A stretch of 63,060 nt of DNA, filler included, from Reticulomyxa filosa (taxonomy: Eukaryota; Protista; Foraminifera), in NCBI GenBank assembly GCA_000512085.1. It is 21 parts of 21 records of this genome, joined end to end, with 100 filler letters (N's around TTAATTAATTAA, not from the genome) between each part and the next. Parts side by side here need not be neighbours in the genome. Positions count along the whole stretch, not along the records: positions 13,284 to 16,485 come from ASPP01005490.1; positions 16,586 to 19,312 come from ASPP01007708.1; positions 19,413 to 23,383 come from ASPP01025028.1; positions 23,484 to 26,507 come from ASPP01021316.1; 17 more parts are not named here. One strand, 5' to 3'. The translations under genes were made by a program, and so were the position numbers. Shown here piece after piece: positions 13,325 to 26,460 of this stretch. The notes under the pieces were generated by a model. The model searched no databases, was not told where the DNA came from, and worked only from the letters and a program-made list of their open reading frames with translations. Numbering within the stretch: position 1 is the stretch's first letter; each line of letters starts with the position of its first letter.

Positions 13325-14132
13325 GAAACTTGGAACACAACGAGCCCAACAAGTGCCAGTGGAAACAATCCACTTTTAGTCGATATTCAAATCTGCCTGA
13401 CCCCACAACTGATCCTAAGCTCTCCTTCTGTTGATGTGACTCCATTGTCGACAACTACGACAACCACGACAACCACGACAGCGCCGACAGTAACACCGAC
13501 GCCAATGCAGAAGCATCAGCCCTCCTCGAATTTGTCCTGTCCGCGGATGCCATCGAGTGAATGTCCAAATTTGATTGCAACGAATCCTATTTGGACAGTG
13601 CCATGTTTAGCTCCTCTTGCCAATGAATCACTTTCGCATGTCTCTAGTCTCACTTCTGACACTGTCGCAAATTTTTCATTGTCGAGAACGTCATCTCTAC
13701 CCGCGACCCTCGCTTCCTTCGATACAAACACCGGTTTAAAGGTTTGCATTTTAATATGTACTTATTCTTTTCCCTCCTCCCCCCCCCCCCTGTCTATCTT
13801 ATACATACTTATATGCACTGCATAAATAGGAAGCAACAGATTCGTGGAGTGAACCGATACCTGCTCAAGGACCGGTTGAACTTTCGAAAAGCTTGTCGGA
13901 CACCAGTGACAGCAAATCCACAATGGGCTCACTGTCTACACCTTGGACTTCGGAACAGCGCAAAATTGGAGACTTCATTTATTATCAATTGAAATCCGAA
14001 TTTCCTGATCGTGCTGCCAAACTTACGGGAATGCTGTTGCATTTACCAAAGCAAGAGTTAAATCGATTGCTTTTGGACAAGGACGCTTTGAGAGCAAGAG
14101 TACTGCAATTTTTGCTATTGCTCAATCAATAA
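13284..14132 (+). CDS. C-terminal part of a protein ending in an MLLE (PABC) domain after a S/T/P-rich linker
   Basis: KIGDFIYYQLKSEFPDRAAKLTGMLLHL resembles the MLLE signature (LGE.LY..I....P..A.KITGMLLE). In-frame intron at 13742-13829; TAA stop ends at 14132. Confidence 0.75.
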
Positions 14133-14470
14133 AACATTTTTTACGTTATTGTTAAGCAACATTTCACTATTCGTCTGTTTTTATTATTATTATTTTTTTT
14201 TCGGAGTTCGTTTTGTGTTTACGCTTTTTGTTTTTTTATTTCTCCAGTGTTTTGTGGTTCATACTTTTTGTGTATCTTTCGGGATAAGCATATTTCTTTT
14301 TTCGATGTTGTACTTTTTTTTTTTTTGGTTTTCAATTTATACTTTATTTCAAAATCTGGAAAAAAGATGTATTCAACAAAGGAAGGCGTCCACTTTTTAA
14401 AAAAAAAAATTGCTAACGAACGATGCAATGTATTCACTAAGTAAATGAACGGATAGTGAGAAGTGCCACA

Positions 14471-15997
14471 TTATACTGCTCCCCTTTTTTTTTTTTTTGA
14501 GTGACATAAAGATTTGAACTTTTTGAAAAGACACAAATTACGAAAATGATTGCTACTATTATTGCAAAAAAAAAAAAAAATTAAAATGTTGGGCTGAACA
14601 ACAACCCCATCTTGGATCAGTTTTTGAATATGACGGGTGTCATATCCCAAAACACGCTCCAACACCTCCAGCGAGTGTTCTCCAAGGACCGGCGGCGGAA
14701 GTCGGATTTGATTGATGGGGAGACGTTGTGTATGGCCTTTGGGCGTGTACTGAACAGGATTGGTAAGCAAGGAAACTTTCCCCGCCGAAGAATGTTCCAC
14801 GGATTGAACCAATTGGAAGTCCCTGGACTGAACGTGTTCACTATCTAAAATCTGTTGAACGTTTTGAATAGGTCCATGAGGTATATTAAAATGACTAAAT
14901 CGATCGAGCCATTCGGCGAGTGTGCGTTGTTGAAAGCATTGTGTCAAAATCCGAAGCAGTTCCTCTCGATGTTGAACACGTAATTGATTGGTTTGAAACT
15001 TGTGTTGTGTCAACAACGTGTCTTGCAGATCCATAATTTCACAAAGTGTTGCAAATGACGCATCGTTCGTCGCCGCGACACACAAGTATTGGTTTTGGTT
15101 TTTGGTTGGAAATATTTGATACGGCACTATGGATGCATGCGCGGTGCCATAGCGCTTGCTAACAGTTTTGCCAATCAAATAATTGGATGCAATATTTACC
15201 AATGAAGCAATTTCGCAATCCAATAAATTTATATCAATTTTCATTCCATTTCGTTGTCGTAATTGTTTATTATTATTATTATTGTTTTGCTCTTGTTGTG
15301 CACGCACTTGCACTTGAGCCGCCCTTGCGTTATCCCGACTACGCAAAGCCGCTAAAATTGCGCCATGTGCATACAAGCCAGTGATGACATCAATCAAAGC
15401 AACGCCGGTTTTGCAAGGGGAACCATCGGCTTCTCCGGTGATGTCCATTAAACCGCCAATGGCCTGGACGATGACATCGTAGCCACCGTAATGGACATAA
15501 GGCCCTTCATTGCCAAATGCAGTGATGCTGCAATAAATAATGTCCGGATTGATGTTGTCATTACTAATGTCCTCATAACCCAGGTTCAATTTGTCTAGCG
15601 ATCCCGGCATGAAGTTGTCCACCCAGATATCGCATTGCTTACTCAAGTCGTAAATAACCTTTTTTCCGGCCTCGCTTTTGATGTCCAATGCCAACGACTT
15701 CTTGTTACGATTGCAACTCAGGAAATATGCCGACTCTTTCCCTTTTTCCGTGAACGGGGGACCCCAACTTCGAGTCTCGTCGCCTGTCTTTGGGTGCTCG
15801 ATTTTTATTATCTCCGCTCCCATGTCCCCCAATAATTGGGTGCAATATGGCGCTGCTAACACTCTCGACATGTCCAGCACACGCACTCCTGAAAGAGGCA
15901 AGCTGTCCGCAATCCCTGAGGCTAGTCGAACCATTTTTACACTTTTCAATCGACGCACTTTCTCAACACGAAGGCTCAGACGAACAATTGCTTTCAT
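14471..15997 (-). CDS. Class III CoA-transferase (CaiB/BaiF; succinate-hydroxymethylglutarate CoA-transferase-like) with probable mitochondrial presequence
   Basis: PLSGVRVLDMSRVLAAPYCTQLLGDMGAEIIKIEHP, NRNKKS, GYD and PPPVLGEHS motifs. Arg/Lys-rich N-terminus and a Q/N insert. The extreme 3' end is uncertain because of a homopolymer. Confidence 0.93.
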   Translation of the reverse strand: MKAIVRLSLRVEKVRRLKSVKMVRLASGIADSLPLSGVRVLDMSRVLAAPYCTQLLGDMGAEIIKIEHPKTGDETRSWGPPFTEKGKESAYFLSCNRNKKSLALDIKSEAGKKVIYDLSKQCDIWVDNFMPGSLDKLNLGYEDISNDNINPDIIYCSITAFGNEGPYVHYGGYDVIVQAIGGLMDITGEADGSPCKTGVALIDVITGLYAHGAILAALRSRDNARAAQVQVRAQQEQNNNNNNKQLRQRNGMKIDINLLDCEIASLVNIASNYLIGKTVSKRYGTAHASIVPYQIFPTKNQNQYLCVAATNDASFATLCEIMDLQDTLLTQHKFQTNQLRVQHREELLRILTQCFQQRTLAEWLDRFSHFNIPHGPIQNVQQILDSEHVQSRDFQLVQSVEHSSAGKVSLLTNPVQYTPKGHTQRLPINQIRLPPPVLGEHSLEVLERVLGYDTRHIQKLIQDGVVVQPNILIFFFFCNNSSNHFRNLCLFKKFKSLCHSKKKKRGAV

Positions 15998-16445
15998 CTT
16001 TGTTCTATTCTTATTAAAGGAAACCCCACAGAACTTTGAGACTTTAAAAAAAAAAAAAAAGTTTCAGAAGTTGGTTTGCGTTTTTAATACCAAACCTTTT
16101 GAAGGTGTAACCATTGAGATAACTTTTAAATCTTCACTTTTCAATAAACAATTCAATTTCGAACTTAATGCTTGCACCGAACCACTGTCTTTAACTTACT
16201 GTTTTCTTTCTTTTCAGCTATGGCTAAACTACTCAATGGATATAAAAGTTGAGCAAAAACGACTTATTAATTTTATAAGCGACAAAGAAAAGCAAATTAA
16301 GAAAAATGAGAAATTATCAGTTGACGGCAATGTGATATAACATTTCGAAAGAAGCAATGCAATGAAAGCAATCGTTAAATAATAAGTACATTAAGACAAT
16401 CAAAAACACTAAGCCCTCTCATGTATACAGCTGAGAGTAGAGCCC

Positions 16446-16485
<40 letters not shown>

Positions 16486-16585
16486 NNNNNNNNNNNNNNN
16501 NNNNNNNNNNNNNNNNNNNNNNNNNNNNNTTAATTAATTAANNNNNNNNNNNNNNNNNNNNNNNNNNNNNNNNNNNNNNNNNNNN

Positions 16586-17569
16586 GAATTACTTTGTCAA
16601 ATTAACTTTGTTTGATTTTGTGGTAAACTTTTCGAAACTTGACCAAGGAACCTTCCAAAAATTTTTTGTCTTCGTCTCCTTCCATAGACAAATTCTGCAA
16701 GTCTCGTAAAAATTTATAATACACCTTCAACCTTTCAAAAGGATTATACAAATACCTTTGGTGTATATATAGCACATACATACAACACCGCATTATGCTA
16801 CAAACGTATATTACAAATGGGTTGTTTTATATACCATCCGCTCCAACAATTCAACAGTGTTGTGCAAACGACAAAAAATTAAAATGAACCATTAACCTCA
16901 AGGTGTAATAATTTTTAAAAAAATATTCTTCTTCTTTTATGTACACATATACATATACGTATATATATATATATTTTTTTTTTTTTTAAACCAAGGCAAC
17001 ATATACAGCATTGGAGCTTCAATGTGCTTTTGCACTCTTTCACTTTCTAATCGCATAGTGACAAAACAACGAAATTCCATTGATTTCCATTCCGCAAACA
17101 CTCGTAACACGTTGTCAAATTTACCCAAGTAGTCATCGTACATTTGTACAAAGTTGCTGTATTTGTAAAAGTCTGGCACTATGTTCAATTCGTCGTTGAT
17201 CACCGCTAAGAAGTTCATGTGAAATTGTAACAAGTGCTCCAAAAATAAATACACAAACTGCACCTGCACATTAATCCATTTGTTTAGATTCTTTACTTTT
17301 ACATTATTTTTTTTTTTTTTGGAAACGTAAACCACTTAACATGTTGCGCTCTAAGACCAAGCCTAGCACTATTTTCATGCAGTGGCCTAAAAACGTATTT
17401 CACAAGCACCTCCAACATATTCACGTACTCATCTTCTGATTTCAAGAGCTGCGTTTGTGTTGGAGTACTGTTTGAGATTTATGACAGAGGAAAAAAACAC
17501 ATTACTTACGTCATGATTGCACTTTTCTCGAAGAAGCTTTACTTTTTCACTTGTATCAGCTGAGGACAT
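16586..17569 (-). CDS. Dbl-homology (RhoGEF) domain protein, multi-exon, 3'-partial
   Basis: LLKSEDEYVNMLEVLVKYVFRPL (DH CR1), HLLQFHMNFL, MYDDYL and YLYNPFERLKVY (CR3-like). Exons are separated by introns. Confidence 0.7.
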
Positions 17570-18467
17570 CTTTCACAATTCACAAAATGAAATAGCCTTT
17601 TTTTTTTAACAAAATTTTGAAAAGTGGTTAGTGTTTTGTTGTTAAACTGACGAGTGCATTCTTTGAACATGCCAAATTTGATATCTGAAAATTATCTTTA
17701 AAAAGTTTTACAAATCTCTATTGATTAATAAGTTATTCGGAACAAAATTAACTTCAAAATGGAATTATAAAACATTTTATGTAAATTCTTCATAACTTGC
17801 CTATATTATTTTACATATAGTATATTTCTGATATAAATAATGAACATCGATATCATACAGTATGATATATATTTGTATATTTTGGAAAATATTTATTTCA
17901 TTTGATTGATAAACATAAAATATATTAAATGTTGTCACACGCATAGTATATTACATATACATATAAATAAAACAACATTAAATTTATATTTTATTTCAAA
18001 TATTTCAAACAAGTGCATACATAATATATAAAGTCAAATTGTTTATTTATAAAAATAAAATTATAAAAATTTCAAATACGAATTAATTTAATATTTATTT
18101 GTGAATTTAGCACAAGTTTATAACTTTGAAATTTGATATTTGAATAATATTATATTTTGTACATTATTATAACTAATTATCACGCAGTAAATACAATAAT
18201 ATAATTTCAATTCTTCATCATTATAACCGCTGTAAATATTTATATTATTCTTTAAACTACTATATTGTAATTACAATGTTATACATTATGTTAATTTGTA
18301 CGTAATTAAGAACACATTCAATATTGTTTTTGTTTGTTTCCAGTTTTTTTTACTTGTATAATATGCGACTTCAAATCTGTTGTAATGGCGACGATTAGTT
18401 ATTAGCAAATAACACTAAGCAACTAAATGATTTGTTGTTTGTGTTTTCACTCGATTCAATGCTTATA

Positions 18468-18600
18468 CAGTGGATTGCAGAAAAAACTGCAATACATAAG
18501 TAGCACCTTATGAAGAGAATCAATTTTCTCCATGAACAATAAACATTTAACCTTAATTTTTAAAAATATTTACAAATATTATAGTTTTTAAATATAAAAT
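18468..18600 (+). mobile_element. Tc1/mariner-like terminal repeat, copy A
   Basis: TA|CAGTGGATTGCAGAAAAAACTGC...GAAGAGAATCAATTTTCTCCATGAA...TAGTTTTTAAATAT; homologous to copies at 26316, 49243 and 50670. Confidence 0.65.
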
Positions 18601-19412
18601 ATTTTTTTCATGTGTTTGATTCGTTTTTATTAATTTTCGTTGTTATTTTAAGGCTGACTCTTTGAAATTATTTTATTTCAGCGATAAATAAAAAGCTAAA
18701 GTTAAAAGATATTTTATTAATGCGGAATTTGAATTTAAAATGTACTCAAGGACGATTTTAATTTATGTAAGAAATGATATTTTTTTTTTTATGAAGCAAA
18801 GATAAAATTGTGTGGAAGTGATTGGAACAAATAACTTTAAAAATTATCAAACTAAGCCTTAAAAGTTAATGCCAAAAAATCAAAGTTTTTTAAATGCATT
18901 ATCATAATTTGGCTTGCTTTAACTCAAAAATTTAGTCATGTCTCAAGATAAATAACAAAGTCAATTATACAATTCATGAAAAAATATCAAAAAACGAATA
19001 CTGAGCATAGTCTAATTGCTTAGATTATAGAAATAACAGTTGGATTTAACATATTTATGTCAAAAACTCAAAACGAAAATAAAAAATTAAAACTTTAAAT
19101 ATAATAAAATTGCAAAACTAAAATAATACATAAAAAAAATCAAATTTTACTTGTCGAATTTTTTAAAAACTACAAAATATACAAGGCTTGTTCTTTTTTA
19201 AAAAGTATTTACGTGACTTGAAGATTCCTAAAAAAGAAATAAAGATTTAAAAATTACTTCTTGACAATACATATTCGATTTAAATGCATTCTTTGAAAAA
19301 ACATTTAAAAAANNNNNNNNNNNNNNNNNNNNNNNNNNNNNNNNNNNNNNNNNNNNTTAATTAATTAANNNNNNNNNNNNNNNNNNNNNNNNNNNNNNNN
19401 NNNNNNNNNNNN

Positions 19413-20103
19413 GGCATCGACGTCATCTCAAGTGCCCAATGACGACAATTGCAAAGAAGTGGATTAAAATCGATTAGAAGGTAGGTAGTATTTGCGGCCT
19501 TGTTTTTATTTGCATTCAATACAATAATTTTGTCATTGTTGGGTATGTTGAGCTGAAGCTTTGTCTCGACTACGGATAAATGAACATTGCTTCGACACAG
19601 AATGATGTGTCGCGTTCGTATTTATGGTGGCGAGTCTGTTCATATATTTTGCAAATGGGATGATCCTTGGGAACGCAAGTCGTCACTCCCACAATGCGTA
19701 CAAACTCTCAATACACGTCTCGCTCTTGCGTTAATAAAAATGAATGAAGGTCATTATTTTCTTGGCTTACATGTCGTCCTGGAAAAGATTCACCAATTTG
19801 AGTTTGACTGATTGAACATTACACTCCCAATATTGTAGATGGACCGGGATTGTTTCAAATCTAACTTCTTCATGTGTCTTTCGCATTTGCACTATTCGCT
19901 GTTGTTGCTTAATTTATCATGGAAGATTCACTCATCAATTTTCTGGATATCGTTTGCACGTCGACTTTTTTTTTTTTTTGCAGTTTTTGTAATGCATTCA
20001 TTCTTTCCAAAACAGCAGTATTAATATTTTTATACGTGTCTTGTTTTTGTTCTTTTTCATTTGCGGATTCCACCACCTGCACCGCCTGTGGACTTTGTGA
20101 CAA
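19413..20103 (-). pseudogene. Decayed ORF with Cys knuckle-like motifs (possible retroelement gag/ORF1 remnant)
   Basis: RRVLRVCTHCGSDD and NYCIECK spaced like tandem zinc knuckles; several stops and frameshifts. Confidence 0.25.
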
Positions 20104-22580
20104 ACAATAAATTAATTCAAATTGTTTAGAAAAAAAAGATAAAAAAAATAATCAATGTTCTTTTAACTTTAATCTTCTTTTGAAGGTATTCGAATCAATA
20201 AAGCAAACCATTTCCTGCCAATCTTACTTAACGACGATAATCATTTTTTTTTTTACATTGAAAAAAGCAATCAAACTGCAATAATATTTTCCACCAAATC
20301 AAACACGAAAAGTCATAACAAATTTTATTTTGAAAATGTTTCCATGTGTCTTTGGTGTGTCGGTATTGGGAGATCACATACAGCATAACCATGAAAGGCG
20401 TTGACGGGCATTTGATCAAATTAGGGTGCATTAATGAGTTAGAGTATATTGAATGAAAGTATTGCGAATGATGATAATTCATTGCCGCTTGTGTTTTGTT
20501 TTATAAATATCATTCATAACAACTCATAGTTTCTATAAAACGAATATCAACACTTCTAATGGATTTCTTGTGTCAGCTCTCTTTCATTCACATTGTCTCC
20601 TTCATTCTCTTGGTATGTTCATATTTCTTGCAAGATTCATTACTAGTGTTTCTTTCTTTTTCTTTTTCCATTCCCTTAATCTACTCTTTCTTGTTCTTTT
20701 TTCTCTTCCTGTTCCTATTTCTTTCATTCCAAACATAAGGTAAATCAACCTACAATGAAATAATCCATATCCACATTGTTTTGGTTAAAACACATCACAA
20801 CAACTGAAAATATGATAAAAGTAGCACATACCTTCAAATAAAGCTGTCTTTCCTTGCGTTTGGTGGAGCCACATACTTTGAATACTTTTTTTTCCCGTTG
20901 TTCTGATTTTGGTAATATGCATTCTCTGTTTTGAATTCGAGCAATAGCAGGATTGCATGCCACGACGGAATTCTCCACAGAACATGCATTTACTTCTACA
21001 TTTATCACACAACTCTAATACATCTCAATTTCCTCGATTATATATATTATATTGATTGATTTGTGAAATTGCACAAATAATCACTTTTGAGCTGTTGTTA
21101 TGGCAGACCAAGAAAACACCAAAAATTGGGACAACCATACAATTGCGCTGCATTCTGCCAATGTATTAAATCGTATTGTCTTTGTTATTGATTATAAATC
21201 GTGATACCAGCTATATGTTAAGATTGGCAATGTAAATATACAGAAATAATACATCAATTAGGGATTATTGAAGAAAAATTGATGTACTTACTTTAGTAAA
21301 TACTTGTTACGAATTTATTTCGATTTATCTATCTCTGGATAATTTTGGACAATGTAGTTGGATGGTGCTGCTGTTTTCACTAATGATAGTTGCTTTTTTT
21401 AGTCGATGTTGGTTCCAGGAAAATCTTGATATTGAGCACATTGTTTATGTTTTGAAATTCGTTCAGATGGGATTGCAAGTATATCCATAGAAACCATCCC
21501 AAACAATGATATGTGTGTATTCATTTATACTAATTGTTCCAGTTGTCGACGTCTGCAATAAGTGATAGATAAAACAGCAGCTAAATTAAATACATATAAT
21601 AAAAAATATAATATTATTTGTTGGATTATGTCCATTGAGTATTTTGCATTGTCCACTTCTTGCCAGTGTTCACTTCAATATCTTCACCACATCGACCTAA
21701 ATAAATAAAAGACGATCTCAAATTGAAACATTATATCGCCGCGAGTATGCCCTTTACCAAAATAGAATTTGGGACACTCAATATCCTTTTTCTCATTGTT
21801 TCTATCTGTCATTCATTTATATAATATTATACTTATATTTTCAGATTTGATTTTTTTTAACAAACACACAAAGAAAAAATAAATACTTAACTATCGCGCG
21901 GGATATCATTAATATCAAAATAAAAAAATAAAAATTTAGAATATAATTTTCTTTTCTTTCATTATTTTTTCTTTATTAAAAATGTTTGTTTTTTTTTTCT
22001 TTTTCTTTTTTTCCATTTTCTTTTTTTTATTATACCATTTTTTTTTTCTTTTCTACTTTTTTCTTTTTTTCCAACATTTTTCCTTTTCTTTTTATTATTA
22101 ACTTTTTTTCTTTTTCCTTTTTTCCACATCCCTTTTTTTAATTATTATTCCATTTTTTCTTATTACTACCTTTTTTTTATTTTTATTATTTCATTTTTTT
22201 CTTTCCCCCCCTATTACTCAATTACCCCCACTTTTCTCCAACTACCATTTAAAAAATAAATACCTATCCATTTTGCGCCGGACCTATGTGCACACAAACA
22301 AACAAAGTTATATTTTATAATTTTTTATACAATACAAAACATATTTATAACTTAGAAGTCGATCCAATCTCCAATTTTGATTTCTTTTTTTTCCTGGAAA
22401 ACACTTACAAACTTTTATGTTTTAGGGAGGGTGGGGACAAATAAATAGACTTATGTACATATATATATGTTTTTTTTCTTGGGGGAAACCTATTAAACCA
22501 CAAACACAAACACAACAACATTATATAACAAGATGATATACATATGTACATAAATAAATATAAATATCACATACAGTTCG

Positions 22581-22805
22581 TCCTTTTTGAGGATACGGGG
22601 GTAGTTTCAACCCCTTATTATTTTTTTTTTCTTTTGTGTGAAGGGATGGGATCAATATTTTAACGATCATTCGTGGACGGAGGAATCTATGTTACAACAA
22701 CACACAATCATTTAAACATATTTTAAAAAATATATATAGAACAAACCCTTATTTCTCCTTTCGGAGACGGGGTGGTTTCTACCCCGTATTCTTTTTTCTT
22801 TGTGT
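22581..22805 (+). repeat. Two diverged direct repeats, each containing a double GC-rich hairpin
   Basis: 22581-22640 reads TCCT-TTTTG-AGGA then GGGGT-AGTTTCA-ACCCC. 22754-22805 reads TCTCC-TTTC-GGAGA then CGGGGT-GGTTTCT-ACCCCG. Both are followed by T-rich ...CTTTGTGT. Confidence 0.7.
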
Positions 22806-25800
22806 CACGTTGTTTGGTTCTATTGTACACACACATAATATAGGTATATGTCACATAAATAAAACACAAAAGATATTACATTCTCTTGGTGCTTTGCAAT
22901 TGCCTGTATGCCACTCTCTTGCATCGCCGCGACCGCAATTGAACGTAGTATTCATTCATTGTGCGCGGTTTTCCATTTCATTAATCACTTGTACAATCAC
23001 CTAGCTCCTTGTTCATTCAATCTATGCAAGTAACACAAACAAATGATTTATATTATTATCACAACAACAACAACAAAAATACAAAATTACTTGACAAGGC
23101 CATATAGGCCACATTTTGATGTTGATGCTGCAATGAAAATATTGGACGTTATCAGCAAAACTCCAAATCGTCATCGAATTCCAATAACAATTTGCGCTGT
23201 ATATATGAGTGTTGGAGCAGGAGCTGGATCATGTATTGATTGAGGTGATTGTTGAAATGTGATAGTGTTTGTTGGTGGCATAAGTGCATTTGTAGACCAT
23301 GCCTTGGCGAAGTAGCTCGATGTACAAAAAAGAATGGTCATCACCACTGACTCACAATTCGATTGCTCGTCAGTTGTGTTTTCNNNNNNNNNNNNNNNNN
23401 NNNNNNNNNNNNNNNNNNNNNNNNNNNTTAATTAATTAANNNNNNNNNNNNNNNNNNNNNNNNNNNNNNNNNNNNNNNNNNNNATATATGCTTCAATGTT
23501 AATATTACCAAATGACACTAACCACATATTATTATTAAATTAAAACTTTTTGAACTTGCTTAAACATTTATAAAATACAACAATTATTTATTTCGATGTT
23601 ATGCCCTTTTTATTTAATATTTCTGGATATCGTAAATAATACAGTTTTTTATTGAAAGAAATTAGATTTAATCAAATACGTGCTATATCAATTCAAAAAA
23701 CCACAAAATAACATAAAATTTCTAAGTTATGAGCAAAGTTCTGAGTTGCCCTTTTTTGTTGTTGTTTGCTATTTTTTTTTGTTTTGGTTTGCGCTCTAAA
23801 TTCGTTTCTTTATTGATTCTGCAATAAAGTAAAGTTAAATGTTTGTCTATTTTCATATCTTTTTGACTTTTTTGTTTCGGACTTGGGCCAAAGAACAATA
23901 AGACAAAATATTTCATTGTTCTATTAATAATATTAAAAAAAAAAAATTTTTTGACAATAGACTGGATCTTTCGATACTTTCACTGCTGATGTTGCTAAAA
24001 CAGTTTTGTTTTCGCAATTTTTGATTTACTCCGAAATACGTTTCTTCGGAGTCGGACTATTATATGTTTTTTTTATAACATCTTATTTAGCTGAATGGGG
24101 AGGGTGGATGGAAATGCAAAAGGTCAATCTTAACAATTTGGCGGCGTAGCTTAACCTGCAAAGCCCTCTGAATTTATAGTGACCTTGGCTGCATTAGGGC
24201 CATTCATTTTTGTGGAGTTCTTCTGAACTTCTTGGGGTGGTTCATAGCGTCTATCCGCAAATCCTTGTCCTCCAATCTGCGATTGGAATTGAAATGTTGA
24301 GCATCACATCCGAACATTGTTTGTTTCAGGGGGGCTTTCCAAAACGAGGTGCAGTGGCAATTGAATCCAAGTCTGTATCTGTCAACACCTTGGGTAGTAT
24401 CTTCACTCCAGCCAATAGTTTCGTCACCTTTCGTTTTTGTGCAAACAATGCACGCAACCCCTCAATGTCTGGAAACATGCAAGTTATGCTGCACTTCATC
24501 GTCTTCTAATTTAACACCTGTTCTGTACTCGTCGTAATAAATCCATTCAAGTCTGCAGTTAGTTTTACATTGTGTAATCTAATTTCAAAAATTCAAGATC
24601 ATCCCCCCGCCCCAAAAGCACATTGTAACATTTTTTTTTGGAATAGCACCCTTTTTTTTGTTTGCCAAACTGTATTTTTTTACTTTTTTTTTTTCCATTA
24701 CTCTGTTTGTGTATGGATCTTTGCAATTCTGTTTTCAAAAAAAAACTTTTGTTTGTAATAAACATTGCTGATTTGTCGTTGAATAATTTTGATGAACATA
24801 TCCCACCAAAAAAGATATTCTTTGATTAAAACTAGCGTCATCATCGATATATGTACATATTTATTTATTAACCAGCTTATCAATTTTTTTTTTCTTCATT
24901 TGAAGAATTGCTTTAATAATTTCTCCAATCTGTTATTCAAATTCCATATATTAGTGCAGCCTTGCGCTTATTGTATTGAGATCATATGTTTTGGTACTTA
25001 ATTTGTTTATATGGTCACACGCAATTATAACGATATTAGATGTTGTTCTGTCTTCGTGTATTGTATATTTCGATATTACTGTATATGCGTTATTCAATAC
25101 AATACAATTTTAACAAAGTACATTACGTATACACATCATCCATTTGCGTTTTTTTTTTGTCTTTTTTTCATTCCCCTAGTTTGCATATTAAAAAAAAGAA
25201 AAAAAGACTATATTTCAATCAAACAAACAAAAAAAAAGAAATAGCTTTGCTTGTTGTTTCAGCTTAGACACAGTATTCATTGTTAAACTTTATATGTAAT
25301 TTTTTTGTTTGGTTGGTGTTTTTAAAAATAGTACTATTCAGAAGACATTGCACAAAACTTCACTTCCAACTTGTGACTTGTTGTCACACACATCCTCTTT
25401 TTTCTTCATCATTTTATCCATCTTTTTCATTTCATTGTGACAAGTTTGTTGTGATATCTACTTGAAACGCTCGTTCAATGATATACTTACTCCCTTTTTT
25501 GTTCTTTTTTCCTCCTTTTTTATTTTTTCTCAGTGCCGTCACAAAAAAAAAACATCGTTCATGATTATAAAAATGTCCCAAAATAGCTTTAAATATGATA
25601 TATTGTTGTCTTTTTTTATACAATATTCAATATTTCTAAAGAATATTAGTTGGCAACAATGACAACACAAAAGAAAGAAAAAAAGTTATTTCAATTGTGA
25701 TTTTGAATCTTTTCAATTTAACAGGATATTAAACAAACAAAAAAATCAATCCATAATTTCTTTTAACTTCTCTTTTGTTTGATGATATCATTCAAAAATG

Positions 25801-25919
25801 ACAACTTGAGTGAAAAGACACTTTTTTTTTCTTGAGATAGCGTTCAACCACATTATTTTTTTTCAAAACTGTTGATTCATTTCAAGCTTTATTCAATCTT
25901 TTTTTCTTTATGACTCTAT

Positions 25920-26315
25920 GTGAAGTCGATCTGTCTTGATATAGTTACTCAGACTTCAAGGTCACGTCATTCATTAATTAATCATTTCGTCTCAGAGGAA
26001 ATTAACGACTGCGTTTGTTTAGTTTGTCACCAAATTGCTTGCAATGCACTGGAATTGAATTGCCTTCAACACGTCAATATGGATGAAATGCTGATTGTTG
26101 GATAAATTTGTTTGCAGGATTTCTTAAAGAAAATTCAAATTCTTGTCAGATTCAATCACACACCGATTGCCAATTTATGAAAAACGAAATGATACAAAAA
26201 CGTATAAGTGAATTGGAAGTGATTTGTCCGCGGCAATACGAAATGGAACAAAAAGAAGCAGTAGATAATGATGAAACAATACAAATGTGCAAATTTAAAG
26301 GAAAGATAAAAGATA
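25920..26315 (+). pseudogene. RING-like/TRAF-type zinc-finger protein pseudogene truncated by a transposon end
   Basis: CLVCHQIACNALELNC..H..LIVG*ICL...C.IQSHTDC...LEVICPRQ...CKFKGKIKD, with an in-frame TAA and a frameshift. It ends at the TA where repeat copy B begins. Confidence 0.75.
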
Positions 26316-26460
26316 CATTATGTTGCAAAGAAAACTGAACGCCTAAAACGATATCTTATGATGATAATTGATTTTCTCCATGAAAAATCAACATTTAGAC
26401 CTAATTTTTTTTTTATTAAAAAAAATATTTACAAATCTTGTAGTTTTTAAATATGATATT
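26316..26460 (+). mobile_element. Tc1/mariner-like terminal repeat, copy B (second subfamily)
   Basis: TA|CATTATGTTGCAAAGAAAACTGAACGCCTAAAACGATATCTTATGATGATAATTGATTTTCTCCATGAAAAAT...; matches the reverse complement of 50673-50720. Confidence 0.7.

Noticed and set aside
21950-22260. Long T-rich strand-biased tract
   Set aside because: Low-complexity sequence with no definable unit or coding signal.
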